A stretch of DNA of 64,000 nucleotides from the IMG/VR virus record IMGVR_UViG_3300042275_000518, positions 125,902-189,901 of that record. One strand, 5' to 3'. The stretch's first letter is position 1. Each line of letters begins with the position of its first letter. Source of the stretch: a virus (lineage: Duplodnaviria; Caudoviricetes). Made by a program: the position numbers and the translations under genes. Below, piece by piece: positions 63,263 through 64,000 of the stretch. The notes under the pieces are model-generated. The model was not told the DNA's origin. It saw only the letters and a list, made by a program, of their open reading frames with translations, and did no database searches.

Positions 63263-63889
63263 TTATTTAAAGAAATTATTAATTTCTTCTAAATATAATT
63301 TTTCTTTTTCTAATCTTTGTTGCATATAGTTTTCTTTATCTATCATAGGAATTGAATTAACTAATTGATAAAAATTATCTAATTCTGTTTCAGTCCAATC
63401 CTCACGATATTTTAATTCTTTTAATACATTAGTAACTTCTGTATCTAATTTAAAACTTAATACTCCAGTACTCATTAAATTCTGATAAACATAAATATTT
63501 CTCAATAAATATACTCTCATTTTTGCAGCTTTAATATTGCCTATATCTAAATGTTTTTTAAGACTCAATATAAATGAATTTTTCCAATCTTCGCTAGTAA
63601 GTATTGATAATGTAAGATTTTTAAAATCCTGATAAGTAGTTTCATTGTCTTGATATACAGCGAAATCATTCAGATCAAGAGATTCCATTAAAGACATTAT
63701 ATATTCTAATGATTTACTTCTAAATAGAATAGCAGTATATTGCCTTTCGTTTAAAACAAATGCAGAATCACCTTCACGGTGAAAATCACCTCTATTTTTT
63801 CCATTAATTATATAAAAAACATCGTTATCGCTTATTTCACTATCCAGACCTGTATTTTTTGATCCTCTTTGAATTATTAATTTTACCAT
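63263..63889 (-). CDS. Putative pol-beta-family nucleotidyltransferase
   Basis: IQRGSKNTGLDSEISDNDVFYI resembles GS..G....SDxD. Confidence 0.55.
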   Translation of the reverse strand: MVKLIIQRGSKNTGLDSEISDNDVFYIINGKNRGDFHREGDSAFVLNERQYTAILFRSKSLEYIMSLMESLDLNDFAVYQDNETTYQDFKNLTLSILTSEDWKNSFILSLKKHLDIGNIKAAKMRVYLLRNIYVYQNLMSTGVLSFKLDTEVTNVLKELKYREDWTETELDNFYQLVNSIPMIDKENYMQQRLEKEKLYLEEINNFFK

Positions 63890-63895
63890 AATATT

Positions 63896-64000
63896 CTACT
63901 CCATAATTTCAAATTCAATGTTGATATTGGGCGAACCTATACTAGATTCCAATATTGCCCCTGATGTATTAAGTAGAATTGAATCACTAGACGTACCAGT
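63896..64000 (-). CDS. 3' end of a CDS entering from beyond the window
   Basis: Open frame ..TGTSSDSILLNTSG..NIEFEIME TAG just upstream of 63889. Confidence 0.5.
   Translation of the reverse strand, partial: TGTSSDSILLNTSGAILESSIGSPNINIEFEIME

Noticed and set aside
1-64000. tRNA (including a UCA suppressor), rRNA, integrase or IS elements
   Set aside because: No cloverleaf, rRNA or transposase signature was recognised by eye; a tRNAscan run on the whole genome is still needed.

Overview
64 kb of a very AT-rich jumbo bacteriophage genome organised like AR9/PBS1 (phiKZ-type). Left part: a recA/uvsX gene split by four group I introns (micro-exons of 29 and 15 nt), a holin, a free-standing homing endonuclease, an intron-split multisubunit RNA polymerase beta C-terminal subunit and a nucleotidyltransferase. 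Middle (9.6-31.7 kb, mostly minus strand): small early/accessory genes, endonuclease IV, a Pnk-HD plus Rnl1 RNA-repair pair and an intron-split Dda/RecD-like helicase. Right (31.8-61.9 kb, plus strand): a baseplate/tail-fibre locus with alternating fibre and LamG-lectin genes. The main result is that the code-11 ORF track is wrong for many genes. I count 28 in-frame TGA codons read as Trp, all in transcription units carrying an AACA-N6-TA late-type promoter motif or a GACA variant. Genes behind the TATATTAT early-type motif use only TGG for Trp, and two of them appear to end on TGA. This suggests temporally partitioned opal recoding, which would also gate the two intron-encoded endonucleases. 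Other unexplained signals are a shared C-terminal tag on about 12 unrelated small early proteins, a six-member late paralog family, and a repeating fibre/LamG cassette architecture. All calls come from reading the sequence by eye; no searches were run.
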